DNA of 53,725 bases from an uncultured Verrucomicrobia subdivision 3 bacterium (GTDB lineage Bacteria > Verrucomicrobiota > Verrucomicrobiia > Limisphaerales > UBA11358), in NCBI GenBank assembly GCA_903833055.1, contig CAILDU010000143.1, forward strand, positions 1 to 53,725, given 5' to 3'. The first letter of the stretch is position 1, and each line of letters opens with the position of its first letter. This document shows, one piece after another, positions 16,779-26,435 of this stretch. The notes beneath the pieces were generated by a model, which saw only the letters and a program-made list of their open reading frames with translations, was not told where the DNA came from and searched no databases. The position numbers and the translations under genes are program-made.

Positions 16779-17881
16779 ATATTGAACTGAAAAGAATAAC
16801 CGTTGGCGAATTGGCGGATGGCTATGAAGACAACGCGGAAGGTGGCGTTGTTGCGTTCGGCGGCAAGCTGGACGTGCGGCCGCCGTATCAGCGGGAGTTC
16901 ATCTACAAGGACAAGCAGCGCGATGCCGTCATCAACACCGTCACCAAAGGTTTTCCGCTGAACGTGATGTATTGGGCGGTGCGTGCGGACGGCGGCTTTG
17001 AGGTGATTGACGGGCAGCAGCGCACTATTTCCGTTTGCCAGTATGTGACGGGCGTTTTTTCGTTTCAAAACTTGTATATCCACAATCTGCCAGACGACGT
17101 GCGGGAAAAAATTCTCGGCTACAAGCTCATGATTTATCAATGCACCGGCACGGACAGCGAGAGGCTTGATTGGTTCAGAACGATCAACATTGCAGGAGTA
17201 AAACTATCAGACCAGGAATTGCGGAACGCCGTCTATGCCGGCTCGTGGGTTTCCGACGCGAAACGATATTTCAGCAAAACAGGCTGTGCCGCATATCAAA
17301 TCGGACAAGATTATCTCGATGCTGAACTAAATCGTCAGGGATATTTGGAGACCGCTATTGATTGGATTTCGGAAGCATATGGGAACGCGGACATCATCGA
17401 GAAATACATGGGCAAGCATCAGCACGCTAAAGACGCCAAGAAGCTTTGGGAGTATTATCAAGCGGTGATTGATTGGGTGGGTGAAACATTTACCAAGAAG
17501 CGAAGCAAAATAATGAAGGGCGTTCCGTGGGGTGTTCTCTACAATAAATTTAAGGACGAAAAGTTTGACCCGAAGAAAATCGAGGCAGAGACGGTGAAGT
17601 TGATTGACGATGACGAAGTGACAAATCAAAAAGGAATTTACCGATACATTTTGACGCGCGACGAAAAATATCTCTCGCTCCGCACGTTCAACGATAAGGA
17701 GAAGCAAAAGGCTTACGAAAAACAAAAAGGCATCTGCCCGAAATGCCCGAAGTCAAAGCATTGGGAGCTTGAAGAAATGGAAGCCGACCACATTACGCCG
17801 TGGCACGCAGGCGGGAAAACCATGCTGGATAATTGCCAGATGCTTTGCAAAGACCACAACCGGAGAAAGTCAGGGAAGTAA
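16775..17881 (+). CDS. DUF262 (ParB/Srx-like NTPase) - HNH endonuclease fusion protein
   Basis: The N-terminal RPPYQREFIY...IDGQQR motif is typical of DUF262. The C-terminus CPKC...EADHITPWHAGGKTMLDNCQMLCKDHN is a canonical HNH. An ATGA overlap couples it to the methyltransferase. Confidence 0.8.
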   Translation: MNIELKRITVGELADGYEDNAEGGVVAFGGKLDVRPPYQREFIYKDKQRDAVINTVTKGFPLNVMYWAVRADGGFEVIDGQQRTISVCQYVTGVFSFQNLYIHNLPDDVREKILGYKLMIYQCTGTDSERLDWFRTINIAGVKLSDQELRNAVYAGSWVSDAKRYFSKTGCAAYQIGQDYLDAELNRQGYLETAIDWISEAYGNADIIEKYMGKHQHAKDAKKLWEYYQAVIDWVGETFTKKRSKIMKGVPWGVLYNKFKDEKFDPKKIEAETVKLIDDDEVTNQKGIYRYILTRDEKYLSLRTFNDKEKQKAYEKQKGICPKCPKSKHWELEEMEADHITPWHAGGKTMLDNCQMLCKDHNRRKSGK

Positions 17882-17889
17882 TCCGTGTT

Positions 17890-19278
17890 TCATCCGTGTG
17901 CATCTGTGGTATTCCGTTTTTCTGAAAATTGTTTCCGCCAGTTTTCGAGGCGCTCCTTGATTTTCTTTTCCACGCCTTGTTCCGTCGGCTCGTAATAAGT
18001 TTTGTCCACGCCCAGATAATCTTGCGCGACGAAATGGTCCTTGCCGTCGTGCGCGTATTCGTAGCCTTTGCCGTGGCCGAGCCGTTCCGCACCCTTGTAA
18101 CTTTTATCGCGCAAATGTTCCGGCACGGCCAGCGTGCGACCGGAACGCACGTCTTCCAGTGCGGCGTCAATCGCCATGTAAGCGGAATTACTTTTGTTTG
18201 CCGTGGCGATGTAAATCGTCGCTTCGGCCAATGGAATCCGCGCTTCCGGCCAGCCGACAAATTCCGACGCGGCGAGGCACGCGTTCGCCAAAACCAAAGC
18301 CATCGGGTCGGCGAGGCCGACATCTTCCGCCGCGCAAATCACGATGCGCCGCGCGATGAAGCGCGGGTCTTCGCCGGCGTGAATCATCTTGGCGAGCCAG
18401 TAAAGCGCGGCGTCGGGATCGCTGCCGCGCATGGATTTGATGAACGCGGAAATGGTGTCGTAATGCGCGTCGCCATCACCGTCATAAACCACGGCCTTTT
18501 TCTGGATGCTCTGCGCGGCGACTTCCAGCGTGATTCGGACAACGCCATCAGTATCTGGTGAAGTTGTCAGCGCGGCGATTTCGAGCGAGTTGAGCGCCTT
18601 GCGCGCGTCGCCGTCGGCGATTTTGGCAAGATGGCGCAAGGCGTTTTCATCGGCGGAAATTTTCAGATAGCCGAGACCGCGTTCCTCGTCTTTCAACGCG
18701 CGTTGCAGCAATGAAAATAAATCTTCTTCCGTCAGCGGGCGCAGTTCGAAGATTTGCGAGCGCGAGACGAGCGGCGAATTGACGAAGAAAAACGGATTGT
18801 GCGTCGTCGCGCCGATGAGCTTGATGACGCCGCTCTCGACATCCGGCAGCAAAACATCCTGCTGTGATTTGTTGAAGCGGTGGATTTCGTCAATGAAGAG
18901 AATTGTGGATGCGCCAGTGTTTTCAAGGCGATTGGCCGCTGCTGACAAAACGCGCCGCATATCGGCGACGTTGGATTCCACGCCGCTCAATCTTTCAAAT
19001 TTTGATTTGGTCTGCCGCGCGATGATTTGCGCGAGCGAGGTTTTTCCCGTGCCGGGCGGCCCGTAAAAAATCAGCGACTGGATTCTATCTGCTTCAATGG
19101 CGCGGCGCAAAAGTTGGCCGCGGCCGAGGATGTGGGTTTGCCCAGCATACTCATTTAAGTTGCGCGGGCGCATCCGCGCGGCGAGCGGCTGGCTGCGAAA
19201 GTTATTTTCGGCGGCGGACACAATTTCTTCTTCCGGCAATGCTTTTGCCGGTTGGGAAAATAGTTCGTCGCGCGCCAT
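17890..19278 (-). CDS. rarA: replication-associated recombination protein A (AAA+)
   Basis: GPPGTGKTS Walker A, IDEIHRF box and MgsA C-terminal domain. The last codons and the stop lie inside the right repeat arm of cassette C. Confidence 0.9.
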   Translation of the reverse strand: MARDELFSQPAKALPEEEIVSAAENNFRSQPLAARMRPRNLNEYAGQTHILGRGQLLRRAIEADRIQSLIFYGPPGTGKTSLAQIIARQTKSKFERLSGVESNVADMRRVLSAAANRLENTGASTILFIDEIHRFNKSQQDVLLPDVESGVIKLIGATTHNPFFFVNSPLVSRSQIFELRPLTEEDLFSLLQRALKDEERGLGYLKISADENALRHLAKIADGDARKALNSLEIAALTTSPDTDGVVRITLEVAAQSIQKKAVVYDGDGDAHYDTISAFIKSMRGSDPDAALYWLAKMIHAGEDPRFIARRIVICAAEDVGLADPMALVLANACLAASEFVGWPEARIPLAEATIYIATANKSNSAYMAIDAALEDVRSGRTLAVPEHLRDKSYKGAERLGHGKGYEYAHDGKDHFVAQDYLGVDKTYYEPTEQGVEKKIKERLENWRKQFSEKRNTTDAHG

Positions 19279-19315
19279 GCGGAGACGTTAGCAGTTGAAG
19301 TTGTTTGCCCAAAAT

Positions 19316-19346
19316 AAAAAAGCCCGCACGGGTGGCGGGCTTTGAT
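19316..19346 (-). terminator. rho-independent terminator
   Basis: The minus strand reads AAAGCCCGCCACCCGTGCGGGCTTTTTTATTTT: a GC stem followed by a T-run. Confidence 0.75.
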
Positions 19347-19382
19347 TGCCGGGTTGCTAAAAGCAGTCCGGTAATCTTGAAA

Positions 19383-19570
19383 GAAACCCCGCCATTGCCG
19401 TGTCTAACTGTATCCTTCGGACATATGTTTCCATATGTGGGACTCGCCCGATGGCTTACAACTTTCGGACGTAATGCCGACGTGTTGGCCACCGTCTGCG
19501 GCTCATCCCGAGTTCGTTTTATTTACGGTCCAAGGACTGTTGCGAATCACGCACAGGGCAGGGAAATTAT
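19383..19570 (-). ncRNA. ssrS: candidate 6S RNA
   Basis: On the minus strand, the 5' end AAUUUCCCUGCCCUGUGCGUGAUUCGCAACAGUCC and the 3' end ACAGUUAGACACGGCAAUGGCGGGGUUUC resemble the E. coli 6S termini. The closing stem CCCUGCC-CUGUG pairs with CACGG-caau-GGCGGGG using G-U wobbles. Length is about 190 nt, in a 450-nt gene-free gap, followed by a terminator. Confidence 0.5.
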
Positions 19571-19731
19571 TTTCTAGCAAAGATCAAACTGACTGGAGAT
19601 AAGTTCGTTCTGCTCCGCTTTTTTCTCAAGTGAAATTTGAAAATAAATTTTCGCGTTTTTGAAACTGGCGCTTGCGTTCACGGCGCGCGAGGCGTCTAAT
19701 TAAATTTCTTCCCGTTCACCAACCGCGTTTT

Positions 19732-22700
19732 TTATTTTCCCGCTTTGCCGTCCAGATTTTTGCGGATAATTTCGGCGATGGCTTCGGGCTTGAACGGTTT
19801 GCGGATGAAGTTGACGCCTTCGGTGAGTTTGGCGTCGCGGCCTTCGAGATTGCCGGTGTAGCCGCTGGTATAAATGACTTTAAGCGTCGGTTTGTCAGCG
19901 AGCAGTTGGCGGCCAAGTTCAATGCCGTTCAGATTTTCCGGCATAATGATGTCGGTGAGAACGAGTTTGATTTGGTCGCGCTGTTCCTTCCAAACTTTCA
20001 AGGCGGCGGGGCCGGACTCAGCTTCCAGCACAGTGTAGCCGCAACGCTGGAGCAAATCGCTGACGAAGGTGCGGAGCGGAAATTCGTCTTCGACGAGCAA
20101 AATAGTTTCGGTGCCCCACGGCAATACCGGCCGGTTTTGGAAATCAGTTTTTACCTCGGCAGCCGGAGCGGCGATAGGGAAATAAACGTTGAAGGTCGTG
20201 CCTTTGCCGAGTTCGCTTTGCACGGTGATGTCGGCGTGATGTTGCTGCACGATGCCGTAAACCGTGGCGAGACCGAGGCCGGTTCCCTTGCCAACTTCTT
20301 TCGTCGTAAAAAACGGCTCAAAAATGCGTGCGAGAATTTCCGGAGCGATACCGCTGCCGGTGTCGGCCACGGACAGACAGACGCGCGATTCCGCCGCCGG
20401 ATTTTTCGCACCGGCGGCGGGCTGAAATTTTTCCACCTTGCTGCGAATTGTCAGTTGTCCGCCGCCGGGCATGGCGTCGCGGGCATTGACGGCGAGGTTG
20501 AGAATAATTTGTTCAAGCATCCCGACATCGGCGTTGATGAGCGGTAGCGCGGGGGAATATTCCGAACGCAGCGCGATGTCTTCGCCCAGAATGCGCTGGA
20601 GCATTTTGGTCATCTGCGAAACCGTTTCGTTGAGATCGAGATGAACCGGTTGCATCTGCTGCTTGCGCGCGAACATGAGCAACTGGCGCGTGAGGCCAGC
20701 GGCACGTTCGCCCGCGCGCGCGATTTGATTGGAGCAATCGCGAATTTCTGACGGCTGCAAATCGAGACCCTGCAACAATGAAGCGTTGCCCTGAATGACG
20801 GTGAGAATATTATTAAAATCGTGCGCGATGCCGCCGGACAACTGGCCGACCGCTTCCATTTTTTGCGACTGGCGGAGTTGCGCTTCGAGATTGCCGCGTT
20901 CTTTTTCCGCGCGAATTTTTTCAGTGATGTCCGTGACGATGGACAGGCAACCGCAAATTTCGCCCGCCGCGTTGCGCCACGGCGTATTGCGCCATTCACA
21001 GGTGATGCGGCGTCCGTCCTTGGTGAGGTTTTCGTTGACGGAATGGCTGGCCACGTTGCCCGTCTTGATAACTTCATTCCATACGTGATCCACTTGCGGT
21101 TGGACTTCCGGTGGCACAATTAATTTGTAAGCATGTCGGCCGGTGGCCTCAACGGTGCTCCAGCCAAAAATTTCCTCGGCAGCGTGATTCCATTCCGCCA
21201 CACAGAAATTGCAATCAAACGCGATGAACGCCAGCGGCATCCGGTTCATGTAAAACTGTGTGCGTTCCGCCGCGGCGCGCAATTCTTCCTCCATCCGCCG
21301 CCGCTGCGTGATGTCCTGTTTGATGGCGACAAAATGCGTAATTTGTTTTTGGTCGTCGCGCAACGGCGTGATGGTCATCTCCTCCAGATAAAAACTGCCA
21401 TTCTTGCGGCGGTTGGTGATTTCGCCATGCCAAGCCTCGCCCGCAAGAATCGTCTCCCACATCGCCTGATAAAATTCGTGGCCATGCTTGCCGGAGCGGA
21501 TGAGCGCGCCCGGATTTTTCCCGACGCATTCGGCCAGCGTGTAGCCGGAACTGGCGGTGAACGCCGGGTTGACCCATTCAATATTGCCGCGCGGATCGGT
21601 GATGAGAATGGCATTGGCGGCGGTTTCCAGCGCGACGCTTTGCAGGCGCATGGATTTTTCGGCGAACTGCTGTTTGGTGATGTCGCGGCCAATGCCGACG
21701 AGGCCGCCAATTTTTCCCTGCGGATCGCGAAAGGCCACCATGTTGGTCACCACCGTGCGCGCCTGACCGTCGGGGAAAGTGATGGAATCTTCAAACGTGC
21801 AAAACGACTCGGACGTGAGGACTTGTTGTTCGCTCGCACGGAAATGCGCCGCGAGTTCCACCGGCAGAAACTCCGCGTCTGTGTGGTGGAGCATTTCCGC
21901 CGGCTGTTTGCGATAACATTTCGCCAGCGATTCGTTGACCACGAGGTAACGGCTTTCCGTGTCCTTGACAAAAATAAAATCCGGTGCGAGGTCGATGAGT
22001 GTTCGGAGCAACTGCCGTTCGTGTTTCATCGCCTCCTGCGCGCGCTGGTGTTCCGTCACGTCGCGAAAACTCCAGACGCGCCCGATGATTTTTTCACCGA
22101 GCCGTTGCGGGCGCGACACGCGATCGTAAATGCGTCCGTCCTTGAAATGCAACGTGTCGTAAGATTCCTCCGCTGGCTGTTGGTAAAGCTCCTTGATGCG
22201 CTGGAAAAAAGTTTCCGGTTGCCTGAGTTGATCCAGCACCACTTTCAAGATGACTAGATCATCGCCCTGTGTCATCAGTTCCGCCGGGATGCGCCACATT
22301 TCGAGGAACCGGTTGTTGTAAGTCGTAATTTTTCCCGTGAGATCCACTACGAGCAAACCACTCACGCTGGACTCGATGGTCGCGCGCAATAGCGAAACCG
22401 ATTGCGCCAGTTGATCCTCGTATTCCTTGCGTTCGCTGATGTTGCGCGCCTGCGCGGCGAGCACCAGTTGCCCCTGAATTTCGTAGCAGGTCAGGCTAAT
22501 TTCCACCGGAAAACTCGTGCCATCCTTGCGCCGGTGCCGCCCACGCACAATCTGTGAACGCCCCGGATGCAAATTCGACCAGACCTGCCGCACCTCCTCC
22601 AGTCGGGCGTCCTGTTCGATATCCAGCACCGACATCCGCAATAATTCCTTGCGCGAGTAACCCAGACTTTCACACGCGCTCTGGTTCACATCCAGCAAAC

Positions 22701-23529
22701 GGCCTTCCGTGTCGTGCACAAAAATTGCATCCGACGCCTGCTGCACCAGCGTGCGAAAACGTTCCTCGCTGCCGCGCAAGGTTTTTTCCACGCGATCCTT
22801 GACGATGGCCGTGGCTGCCGTATGCGTCACCAATTCAATCAGCCGCACGTCGTCATTTTTCGGCAACCCCGTCTCGCGATGATAAATCGCAAATGTGCCC
22901 AGCACTTTTTTTTGCTCATCGAGAATCGGCGTTGACCAGCACGCGCGCAATTTGTGTGGCAGCGCCAGATGTTTGTAATCCTGCCACAACGGATCGTGCG
23001 CGATGTCGCCGACGAACACCGGCGAACCGCGAAACGCTGCCGTGCCACAACTGCCCACCTTGGGTCCAATCGTCGCCCCGTCAATCGCCCGCACATAATC
23101 CACCGGCAACGACGGTGCGGCTCCGTTCCGCAACCGAGCGCCATCCGCATCCAGCAGTAAAATCGAAACCAGCATATCCGGCGATTGCGTCTCGATGCCG
23201 TGCAGCAACACTTCCAGCGTTTCCTTTAGCGGTTTTCCGCCCGCAATCATCTGCAACGTCTCATTTTGCAGCCGTGTCAACGCCTCCGCCTTTTTCAGTT
23301 CTGCAATTTTTTGTGACTCACGGTGCAACAACTGTTGCATGATGAGAAAGAGCATTACGCCGGTGAACGCGACAAAGCCCCAGCCCTTGTAAGTCTCCAA
23401 CTGCAACAACCGTTCCTTGTCCGAGACCAAATCATCCAGCAGCTTGTCGGAAAATAAAATCCACAGCCCCGCGAACAGCCCGTATAACAGGCTCGCCCGC
23501 AGTGCCACCGCGCTGGATTTTTGGGTCAT
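19732..23529 (-). CDS. hybrid sensor histidine kinase (TM, GAF, multiple PAS, HisKA, HATPase, receiver)
   Basis: GIAHDFNN H-box, DTGSGI and GTGLGL ATPase boxes, and a C-terminal receiver with DIIMP. Confidence 0.85.
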   Translation of the reverse strand: MTQKSSAVALRASLLYGLFAGLWILFSDKLLDDLVSDKERLLQLETYKGWGFVAFTGVMLFLIMQQLLHRESQKIAELKKAEALTRLQNETLQMIAGGKPLKETLEVLLHGIETQSPDMLVSILLLDADGARLRNGAAPSLPVDYVRAIDGATIGPKVGSCGTAAFRGSPVFVGDIAHDPLWQDYKHLALPHKLRACWSTPILDEQKKVLGTFAIYHRETGLPKNDDVRLIELVTHTAATAIVKDRVEKTLRGSEERFRTLVQQASDAIFVHDTEGRLLDVNQSACESLGYSRKELLRMSVLDIEQDARLEEVRQVWSNLHPGRSQIVRGRHRRKDGTSFPVEISLTCYEIQGQLVLAAQARNISERKEYEDQLAQSVSLLRATIESSVSGLLVVDLTGKITTYNNRFLEMWRIPAELMTQGDDLVILKVVLDQLRQPETFFQRIKELYQQPAEESYDTLHFKDGRIYDRVSRPQRLGEKIIGRVWSFRDVTEHQRAQEAMKHERQLLRTLIDLAPDFIFVKDTESRYLVVNESLAKCYRKQPAEMLHHTDAEFLPVELAAHFRASEQQVLTSESFCTFEDSITFPDGQARTVVTNMVAFRDPQGKIGGLVGIGRDITKQQFAEKSMRLQSVALETAANAILITDPRGNIEWVNPAFTASSGYTLAECVGKNPGALIRSGKHGHEFYQAMWETILAGEAWHGEITNRRKNGSFYLEEMTITPLRDDQKQITHFVAIKQDITQRRRMEEELRAAAERTQFYMNRMPLAFIAFDCNFCVAEWNHAAEEIFGWSTVEATGRHAYKLIVPPEVQPQVDHVWNEVIKTGNVASHSVNENLTKDGRRITCEWRNTPWRNAAGEICGCLSIVTDITEKIRAEKERGNLEAQLRQSQKMEAVGQLSGGIAHDFNNILTVIQGNASLLQGLDLQPSEIRDCSNQIARAGERAAGLTRQLLMFARKQQMQPVHLDLNETVSQMTKMLQRILGEDIALRSEYSPALPLINADVGMLEQIILNLAVNARDAMPGGGQLTIRSKVEKFQPAAGAKNPAAESRVCLSVADTGSGIAPEILARIFEPFFTTKEVGKGTGLGLATVYGIVQQHHADITVQSELGKGTTFNVYFPIAAPAAEVKTDFQNRPVLPWGTETILLVEDEFPLRTFVSDLLQRCGYTVLEAESGPAALKVWKEQRDQIKLVLTDIIMPENLNGIELGRQLLADKPTLKVIYTSGYTGNLEGRDAKLTEGVNFIRKPFKPEAIAEIIRKNLDGKAGK

Positions 23530-23619
23530 GGGTATGGAAAGACCGACAAAGTATGTTTCAACCCATGTGAATCTGCAACCGCCTCCCGTTGGAAAAATTA
23601 CCCGCGCCGTCGTCGCCTT

Positions 23620-26331
23620 TTACTTTTTATCGAGGCATTCGCGAACCGTTTGGGCGAGCTTGTGAATCAGGAATGGCTTGGTAAGAAAATTGACGCCTTC
23701 CTGCAAAACTAAATCTTTCCCGGCCACTTCCGCGCTGTAACCGCTGGCGTAAATGACTTTTAATTTCGGATTGTCCAGCGTGAGCCGCCGCGCGAGTTCC
23801 TTTCCGTTAATGCCGTTCGGCAGCACCATGTCGGTGAGCAGTAAATGAATTTCATCACGGTGTTTTTCCCAAGTCGTCAAAGCGTCCGCGCCATTGGACG
23901 CTTCGAGCACGCGGTAGCCGAGGCCGGTGAGAACCGTATGCACAAGCACGCACAAGGCCGGTTCATCTTCGACGACGAGGATGGTTTCATTTCCGCCACT
24001 TACATTCGTGAGCGTCGCCGGCGCGGCAACTTGTCCGGTGATTTCCGCCAGTCGCGGCAGATAAATTCGGAAGGTTGTGCCGATTTCAACTTCGCTGTAA
24101 ACGCCAATCCAGCCTTGATGTTGCTGCACGATGCCGAAGACCGTGGCCAGTCCCAAACCCGTGCCTTTGCCGACATCTTTGGTGGTGAAGAACGGTTCAA
24201 AAATCCTCGGCAAAATATGTGGGGCAATGCCGCAGCCGGTGTCGCTCACGCTCAAGCAGGTGAACGCACCCGGTCGCGCCTGTGGTGATTGCCGCGCGGT
24301 CATCTCGTCAAATTCCACCGCCGAAGTTTCGATGATGAGCCGTCCGCCTTCCGGCATCGCATCGCGGGAATTCACCGCGAGATTCACCAAAATTTGTTCC
24401 ATCATGCCGAGGTCGGCGCGGATGAATAATGGCTCCGGAAAAAAGTTCAATTGCAGATGCACGTCTTCGCCCAACGTGCGCTGAAGCATTTTGGTAATGT
24501 TGGCAACGATTTCATTCAGGTCGAGGTCTTGCGGCTGGAGCGTTTGCTTGCGGCTGAACAAAAGTAACTGACGCGTCAGATTCGCCGCGCGTTGCGTCGC
24601 CTTGCCAATTTCCTTGGTGACTTCCTGCTGCGCCGGCAGCAGTTCGTTCGTGGTTTCCAGCATGCCGATTTGAAGCTGGATGATGGCGAGAATGTTGTTG
24701 AAATCGTGCGCCACACCGCCCGCGAGTTGGCCGATGGCTTCCATTTTTTGCGACTGACGCAATTGTTCTTCCAGCCGTTTGTATCCCGTAATGTCGCGCG
24801 CAATCTTGGACGCGCCGATGATTTTGCCGTTACTATCTTTGAGCGGAGAGATGGTTACGGAAACATCAATCCGCTTGCCGTCTTTACAGACGCGCACCGT
24901 TTTAAAGTGTTCAACGGTTTCGCCGCGCCGGATTTTTTCCAGAATTTCGTGCTCCTCATGTTCCCGTTCCGGCGGAAAAAGTATGAGGAGCGGGCGACCA
25001 ATGGCTTCCACCGCCGTGTAGCCAAAGACGCGTTCCGCGCCCCGGTTCCAACTGGTGATAATGCCGTCCAGATTTTTGCCGATAATGGCGTCATCCGAGA
25101 ATTCCACAATCGCCGCCAGCCGCGCGTGCGACTGCTCGACCTTCAAGCGTTCCGTGACATCAAACATGATGGCCTGCGAACCCGCAATTTTTCCATTGGC
25201 GTCGTAAGTCGGAGATTTGATGACTTCAAAAAATAGTGTGCGTCCGTCCGGATGGACATATTCCTCGTGCACTTCAATCCGTTGGCCGGTCGTCATGATT
25301 TGCTCATGATGATTGGCGCCGCTCGCCGCCAGCGCCGTGTCAGTCAAGCCAAGTTCCAGCGCCGTTTTACCCAAAAACTGTTCCGCCTTCATGCCTTTCA
25401 ATTTGCAGAAAGCGGAATTGACGAAAACAAAACGTCCCGCCGCATCCTTGCGAAAAACTCCCGCCGGCATTTCGTTGACCAGTGAAAAATAAAGCGCCTG
25501 CGATTCGCGAATCGCATCTTCCGCCCGTTTTTTTGCCGTGTTATCCCGGAACACCAGCACCACCCCGATAATTTTTCCTTCCAGATTACGAATCGGCGCC
25601 CCGCTGTCATCAATGATAAACTCCCGGCCGTCGCGCGCGATCAACACTGTGTGGTTCGCCAATCCCACGACGCCATTCGTGCGAAAAACTTTTTCCACCG
25701 GATCTTCCACCGTTAGCCGCGTTTCCTCGTTGACGATGCGAAAAACCGTTGGCAACGATTTTTCGGCGGCGGCCGCATTCGTCCAGCCTGTCAGCCGTTC
25801 CGCTTCACCGTTCAGAAAAGTGACGCGACCCTGTGCATCCGTCGTGATGACCGCGTCGCCGATGCTCGCCAGCGTCACCGCATACAACGACTGATTGGTA
25901 TTCGCCCGCTGACGCGCGCGGTGCAAGGCCTCATTCAAAAAGCTGGCTACTACGCCGCCCGCAATAAAAATCAGCCATTGGAGAAAATCCATTGGCTTGG
26001 CGAATAAAAAACTGTGCGTTGGCGGCATCAAATAATATTCGGAGCTGATGGCGGAGATAAATGTCGCCACCAAGCCCGGCCCCAGTCCGCCAATGTAGGC
26101 GCTAAAAAGAATCGGCAGAAAAAAGATGACGAGCAGCGGACGGTCGTTGACCCACGGGGAAAAACTCAAGCGCGCCAGCAGCGTCAGCACCGTCACCACG
26201 ACCGCAAATCCATAGGCGAACACCCGCGATTGACTTGCGATAGCCAACCTTCCTGACCCGTCTGCGGGTGATTGTTCGTTATTAACCATTTGGTTACTTG
26301 AGGCGCGTAACTTGTTTGGATGAACATGCAA
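23620..26331 (-). CDS. hybrid sensor histidine kinase (DUF4118-like TM domain, PAS x4, HisKA, HATPase, receiver)
   Basis: GVAHDFNN H-box, DTGCGI/GTGLGL boxes and a DMVLP receiver. A paralog of the upstream kinase. An alternative start is at 26289. Confidence 0.85.
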   Translation of the reverse strand: MHVHPNKLRASSNQMVNNEQSPADGSGRLAIASQSRVFAYGFAVVVTVLTLLARLSFSPWVNDRPLLVIFFLPILFSAYIGGLGPGLVATFISAISSEYYLMPPTHSFLFAKPMDFLQWLIFIAGGVVASFLNEALHRARQRANTNQSLYAVTLASIGDAVITTDAQGRVTFLNGEAERLTGWTNAAAAEKSLPTVFRIVNEETRLTVEDPVEKVFRTNGVVGLANHTVLIARDGREFIIDDSGAPIRNLEGKIIGVVLVFRDNTAKKRAEDAIRESQALYFSLVNEMPAGVFRKDAAGRFVFVNSAFCKLKGMKAEQFLGKTALELGLTDTALAASGANHHEQIMTTGQRIEVHEEYVHPDGRTLFFEVIKSPTYDANGKIAGSQAIMFDVTERLKVEQSHARLAAIVEFSDDAIIGKNLDGIITSWNRGAERVFGYTAVEAIGRPLLILFPPEREHEEHEILEKIRRGETVEHFKTVRVCKDGKRIDVSVTISPLKDSNGKIIGASKIARDITGYKRLEEQLRQSQKMEAIGQLAGGVAHDFNNILAIIQLQIGMLETTNELLPAQQEVTKEIGKATQRAANLTRQLLLFSRKQTLQPQDLDLNEIVANITKMLQRTLGEDVHLQLNFFPEPLFIRADLGMMEQILVNLAVNSRDAMPEGGRLIIETSAVEFDEMTARQSPQARPGAFTCLSVSDTGCGIAPHILPRIFEPFFTTKDVGKGTGLGLATVFGIVQQHQGWIGVYSEVEIGTTFRIYLPRLAEITGQVAAPATLTNVSGGNETILVVEDEPALCVLVHTVLTGLGYRVLEASNGADALTTWEKHRDEIHLLLTDMVLPNGINGKELARRLTLDNPKLKVIYASGYSAEVAGKDLVLQEGVNFLTKPFLIHKLAQTVRECLDKK

Positions 26332-26435
26332 TACATAGTCCTCTTCCCGCCGCTTGCAAAGGATTTTCTCCGGCCAAATTCCAACTCGCCTTTGTTCGCC
26401 AAATCCTGCTATTTTCTGCGTCCAATTTTACCGTG

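Larger units (their letters stand above)
15491..17911. mobile_element. cassette C: AT-rich island (hairpin RNA + methyltransferase + DUF262-HNH) bounded by degenerate-left and well-preserved-right CNCGGAT/CACAGAT arrays
   Basis: The left arm 15491-15520 is ACCGTTGATT CTCGCGGATT GACGCGGATA, with 10-bp periodicity. The right arm 17881-17909 is ATCCGTGtttcATCCGTGtgcATCTGTGG followed by TA. It aligns almost base for base with the right arm of cassette D. Confidence 0.55.

Noticed and set aside
19732-26331. The two tandem hybrid histidine kinases as a novel signalling system
   Set aside because: They are ordinary PAS-rich hybrid kinase paralogs with canonical H, N and G boxes and receiver domains. 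Nothing beyond the tandem duplication stands out from sequence alone.
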